Positions 59,101 through 64,000 of a DNA stretch of 64,000 bases are shown here, in pieces. Source of the DNA: Tubulanus polymorphus (taxonomy: Eukaryota > Animalia > Nemertea). The DNA is taken from contig NC_134033.1 in NCBI RefSeq assembly GCF_964204645.1, positions 11,850,655 through 11,914,654 on the forward strand, written 5' to 3'. Position 1 is the stretch's first letter; every line of letters begins with the position of its first letter. The position numbers were made by a program, and so were the translations under genes. The notes under the pieces were generated by a model. It was given only the letters and a program-made list of their open reading frames with translations. It had not been told where the DNA came from and ran no database searches.

Positions 59101-59643
59101 AGAGTAAAAACATACCGTTATTGTTGGTAATGTAGTAGAAGTTGAGTTATTTCACTATATTTACACCGGTGAATGTTTCTGCCGCGGTGGTCGTTGTTGT
59201 AGTAAATTCCGAATGAACGCGAATGTTGTGTTTAGAGAGAGAGAGAGATAAAGGATAGGTATAAAAACCCGGGCAGACGGAGGGAGCGAGAAGCCTGAAT
59301 GGAACGCGCGTGAACAACACGCGAGCAACTAGTGGTGGAAAGAAGTGACAGCGATGTCGCTACTGCTGAGCACACGAACACTGCTGTCTACTTCAAACCA
59401 ATCCATCTATCGGCAGAACGCTGATGTGTTCTATTATAGTCTGTAACGAATTTATACGCTTTGTATGACACTGGATAATGAATGCACTGTGATGAGGCTT
59501 TTTTAGAATTACCATTTGCATTTTTCTATTGCAGACAGCAAAACAAGAAACGCTGGGAAAAATGTCCAGCAGCACCAGTGATCCCGTGATATAGAAATGA
59601 CAGCGCTTTTGATCAGTCGTGTGATCTTTTGTCATCGTACAAA

Positions 59644-60328
59644 CCCTGGATTGATGAGAGACCAGTACGTGAAGACTGACTGACTGCTACCACCAGGATT
59701 CAAACACATGAACTTTGAATTGATGAGAGACCAGTCAAAGACTGACTGACTGCTAGCACCAGGATTCAAACACATGAACCTGGATTGATGAGAGACCAGT
59801 AAAAGACTGAATGACTGCTACCACCAGACAGGGTTCAAACACATGATCTCTGGATTGATGAGAGACCAGTGAAAGACTGACTGACTGCTACCACCAGGAT
59901 TCAAACACATGATCCCTGGATTGATGAGAGACCAATAAAGACTGACTGACTGCTATGACCAGGATTCAAACACATGAACCCTGGATTGATGAGAGACCAG
60001 TGAAAGACTGACTGACTGACTGCTAACACCAGGATTCAAACACATGAACCCTGGATTGATGAGAGATCAGTGAAAGACTGACTGACTGCTAACACCAGGA
60101 TTCAAACATATGATCCCTGGATTGATGAGAGACCAGTGAAAGACTGACTGACTGCTACCACCAGGATTCAAACAGATGAACCCAGGATTGATGAGAGACC
60201 AGTGAAAGACTGACTGACTGCTACCAGCAGGATTCAAACACATGAACCCAGGATTGATGAGAGACCAGTGAAAGACTGACTGACTGCTACCAGCAGGATT
60301 CAAACATATGAACCATTGATGAGACCAG
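59644..60328. repeat. ~66-bp minisatellite, ~10 copies
   Basis: Unit CCCTGGATTGATGAGAGACCAGTGAAAGACTGACTGACTGCTACCACCAGGATTCAAACACATGAA. Confidence 0.95.
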
Positions 60329-60342
60329 TATGTGAAAGTCTG

Positions 60343-60475
60343 GGCCCAGAGCCATAATCACGGCTTAGACTTAAGACCAATTCAAGATTATCTTAGTTCT
60401 ATAACCAACCTAACAACTTAAGACCAGTCTTAAGATTTAAGACCATTTTTGGACTTAAGTCTCAACTGAGGAACC
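60343..60475. mobile_element. Harbinger-type MITE, family B (inverted)
   Basis: Reverse complement of the 24475-24615 interior (GGCTTAGACTTAAGACCA..CTTAAGATTTAAGACCATTTTTGGACTTAA); CTG on both sides. Confidence 0.7.
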
Positions 60476-62550
60476 CTGATTATTTAATCACTCGGCCACT
60501 AAACTGCCCTCTTGAGCCTCTATCGAAGAATGATCTTTGATCATTAACACTGTGACCATGGACTCGAGTCCATGCTGTGACTTTGTCAGTTAACTTCAAA
60601 GACAATTATATTTTCGGCCTCGACCCCAATTTGAGCTACAAGGCAGTTCATCTAGCACGGAGTGCAAGGCAGATAAAAATGTGCAAAAAGGAGTGTTGTA
60701 TATGAAAATCCCTGAGCAGCCAGGCAGAGAAAAAAGACCTGGGAATTCATTTACCGATATATTCATCATCGTCACGGCAACAGCCAGCGACGAACGAACT
60801 CAACAATCGATTGTATAGCAGAAGAGATTTGTTCGAGAAAATGTGACGATTTCGCACAATAAATAACATAGTCACGACGACTACAAGAGTCAACGAGGAC
60901 TCCCAGTTACCATTTATTCCAACAGATGGCGAGCCAGACTCCATCGAAACTTATTAGTTCATTTTCGAATTTGATGAATCTCGTCTCTAGATAAATGATT
61001 CTCAATCGTGGTTCATTGAATTTGAGATAATTACAGAAAGACTTAAATCGAATCAGAGAACAAATCCAGCGTTGGTGTCCTGTTGAACACGATCAGCACC
61101 TGGTCAATTCTCGCTTGCCACTCAATAGAATCCTTGACCGCGATCGCTCTAAAGGCAATATCACACACTACAAGCCTATAAGCATCTTATGAGTTTTACA
61201 TAATTTTACGATTCATCAGTGTTTTCGATCCTAATTGGAATGTTATTCCCTTCCAAGAACTTATTCCTATTACATGTGAACGGGCAGTAATTTGATTAGA
61301 AGCTTCTTCCAGCTCGATGATGATATGAATACTTAAACAGACAGCCCGACTTATCGGCATAAACCATCGTCTATACTAAAGCAAATACGTATGAAAAATT
61401 AAACCCACATGTATGTCATGTAATCGTCTTAATTCTTCTTTATTTCCTTCATTATCAGAATCTTTATCGTTAATTTAGGACAACGTAAATATTATACAAC
61501 CTAATACTTGTATACAGATATAGGAACTCTATAACTGGGTCCGGGTACACCGCACCCATTTGGGAAGTGGTTTGAAATGCTCAACCATCTAGGCAATTTA
61601 AATATTCGATGCCCCCTGGTGAACATATACTGAAACCAATGACCTCGAAACTCACCACGATTAGAGAACATGTCATGAGCTTCAACTATAAGTGTCATGG
61701 GTGGATGTGTGTATAAAAGCAAATATCAAAAAAATCCATTGAAGCGTCTACAAAAGTTCCCATAAGAACTGGATTCTGTCTACGGAGGAAATGAGAACTC
61801 AATAACCTGCTGGGATTTAAGTCAATTGGACAGGAATTGTACAATTGGGAATTATCCTTATAGATATAGAAATTAGATAACCAGGACTAGTCATTGTAAA
61901 AAATATGAATTGAATGACTGAGACAAACGATTGTGCAACTGGGCAGATACCATCATCACCATCATTGCGAGAATACCAACCTAATTGCATCGGGTTATAA
62001 TAATATTACAACCTATAATCAAGCAATATTCCATTGAATAAAGCAACAAGTGTGTGACCTGAATTTCGATAAGATGATGATGATTATTTCTGTTTCGCAG
62101 ACGCTAAGACGAAGTGAAGGGTTAGAAAGCTAGCGTGTATAATGTGTACGTAGACATAATCTGTCAAACATGTGAGCAGAAAAATGATATGAATATAAGA
62201 AAGAAATGTATATCTAATATAGTTTCTGGCTACCTGTTGACAGATGTAACCCCAATATTTGAATCTATATGTATATTAGCATTTGTAGAACTACATTTAA
62301 ATATTATGAATCAATGAAATTAATCCAGTTGATGAGAAAAAACTGATTAAAAACAGATGTTCGCTTTACATTTTTCGATCATTTTTTCTCCCTGATTTCA
62401 TACTTCTCTTTTCTTGTGAAATAAATATTGAATATCGAATCATTCAAAATCGGGAATGGTAAGAACTTTTCATTCACCGAGATAAACAGGGGTGATTTAA
62501 AAAAAAACAAATTGAAAGAATTTTTGCGACATTTGAATGAATTATCTTAC

Positions 62551-62679
62551 GTTTTGACTGCTCGTTTTGTAGAACTTAATCTGATCCTCGTCGTTCATAT
62601 AAAACTTGCGAAAATCCCAGATGGTCGAGATGTCCATCGAACTAAACGCGGCAGTCAGGCGATCACTGCTGGCGTGCAT
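62551..62679 (-). CDS. CASK: Candidate alternative first coding exon of CASK
   Basis: In-frame TAA, then MHASSDRLTAAFSSMDISTIWDFRKFYMNDEDQIKFYKTSSQN|GTAAGA, phase 0; CpG-rich promoter-like sequence at about 63100-63400. Confidence 0.55.
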
Positions 62680-64000
62680 CTTGATTTATATCCCGTATTC
62701 CGAAACTCAAGGAGTTTATGAAGTTATCCAGTCGACTGTTGATCAACTAACTCAACGAGTTCGCGCTGGTAGTTGATATCCTTTAACTCACTTGACTATC
62801 AAGAATCTCAATCAGGTATCACGAAACTCTGGAGCTTCCTCAAAAGCTGAATGAGCTGCTTCGAATATCCACTAACTCAGGGAGTTTGAATCTGTATATA
62901 TTCAAAACATGTAACCAAAACTCGAGGAGTTTAAAAGAAGTTTTACTAAATCCGCATGAATCCCGCAACTTTCTATAGGAGTTAATACCTATGAGTTAGC
63001 TGTTCAGCCGAGTTAACAATAAGATGCGGTGAAGTGATGTCCTGTAACTCACAATAGGTATAGCGTAACCGATAGACCAGTTCTATACAGAACACTGTTA
63101 TTCATCATCAAATAATACACGCGGTTTCTTTACATCTATGAATATCCGGCGCGCGCGAATCAGATAAATTATTAAATACGCAATCATATCCACGGAGTGT
63201 CATAAATATTTCTACACGATTTCGAATTTAGTCACGGATTTGCGTGAAGTGACACCGCAGTCGGCGCCGCCCTCAGCACCACGCACGCGTCGCAAACTGC
63301 GCCAGAACCGCGGCACGGTACTCGAAAAACCACCCTCTCTTCTTCCCTCTCTCTCGCGTACTGCGCCTCTATCCGTCTAGCTGCCTCTTCATCAACAGAG
63401 CACCGGACACAATTGTCAGATCATTAACCGAACACGATATTGTACTCGTCATCGCGATATGCTCGCTCCATCTCCTAGATATAAATAGATCGGGTTATCC
63501 GTTGTATAATGAGAAATACGCCTCGTGTTCAACCTTTACAAATCATCAAGTTAAAAAATACAATCTGCGGCAGCCGGTGTCGCTGAATGTTTTGTTTAAA
63601 TTTCTGTCATTACCGCAATATCTAAACACTAGATCCAGTCGGTCTAAATTAATTTCAGTTCTGAAGCCAAACTAATGAATAAACGCCGTATTAAGATTTG
63701 GTTTTAACTTTCGAGTCACAAGACACAACCTAAGTGCGAATGTAGTAATAAACTTCGAGACCTATCTTCAGTTGTTCGAACTGACTGGTCTAGAATCGTA
63801 ATACTGAAAGGTAACGTAAAGACCGACTTTTATCAGCTGTATGTAAAGCCTTTCTTCAGTATCTCGTCAGTATAAACATCTCCTTCATTTTAATACATAT
63901 AAATCATCGCGTGTTGATTACTAAGCATTTCTTCTCCATCATCGCCGCTGATAAAGTTGTTTCCAGCTTCTTTATGTTCGACGTTTCTCCGCGATAAACT

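Noticed and set aside
59644-60328. Regular repeat as a CRISPR array or a 22-aa repeat protein (ORF 60067-60303)
   Set aside because: Units are fully tandem with no unique spacers, context is eukaryotic, and indels in several units break the frame.

Overview
Eukaryotic (invertebrate metazoan-type, AT-rich, spliceosomal introns) genomic window. Left: the 5' part of Mediator subunit MED12 (minus strand, 15 exons, runs off the window start), head-to-head with a 3-exon secreted protein carrying a C-terminal PAN/Apple domain. Middle (12.9-19 kb): a compact island bracketed by two convergent, intron-containing tRNA-Leu(CAA) genes. It holds an intronless FMRFamide-receptor-like GPCR, a decayed partial duplicate of it, and a small spliced gene missed by the ORF track whose product looks like a peptide precursor (signal peptide, KR site, Gln start, two Cys, terminal Gly). 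A near-intact 5'-truncated CR1/L2-group LINE sits about 20 bp upstream of the second tRNA. Right (20-64 kb): the MAGUK gene CASK (minus strand; L27 end-PDZ-SH3-HOOK-GK) with duplicated, probably mutually exclusive PDZ exons, a candidate GK microexon and several candidate alternative first exons. Introns carry piggyBac-, Harbinger- and MULE-like MITEs and minisatellites. All exon calls were made by hand from splice signals, phase continuity and recalled protein motifs; no database search was run.
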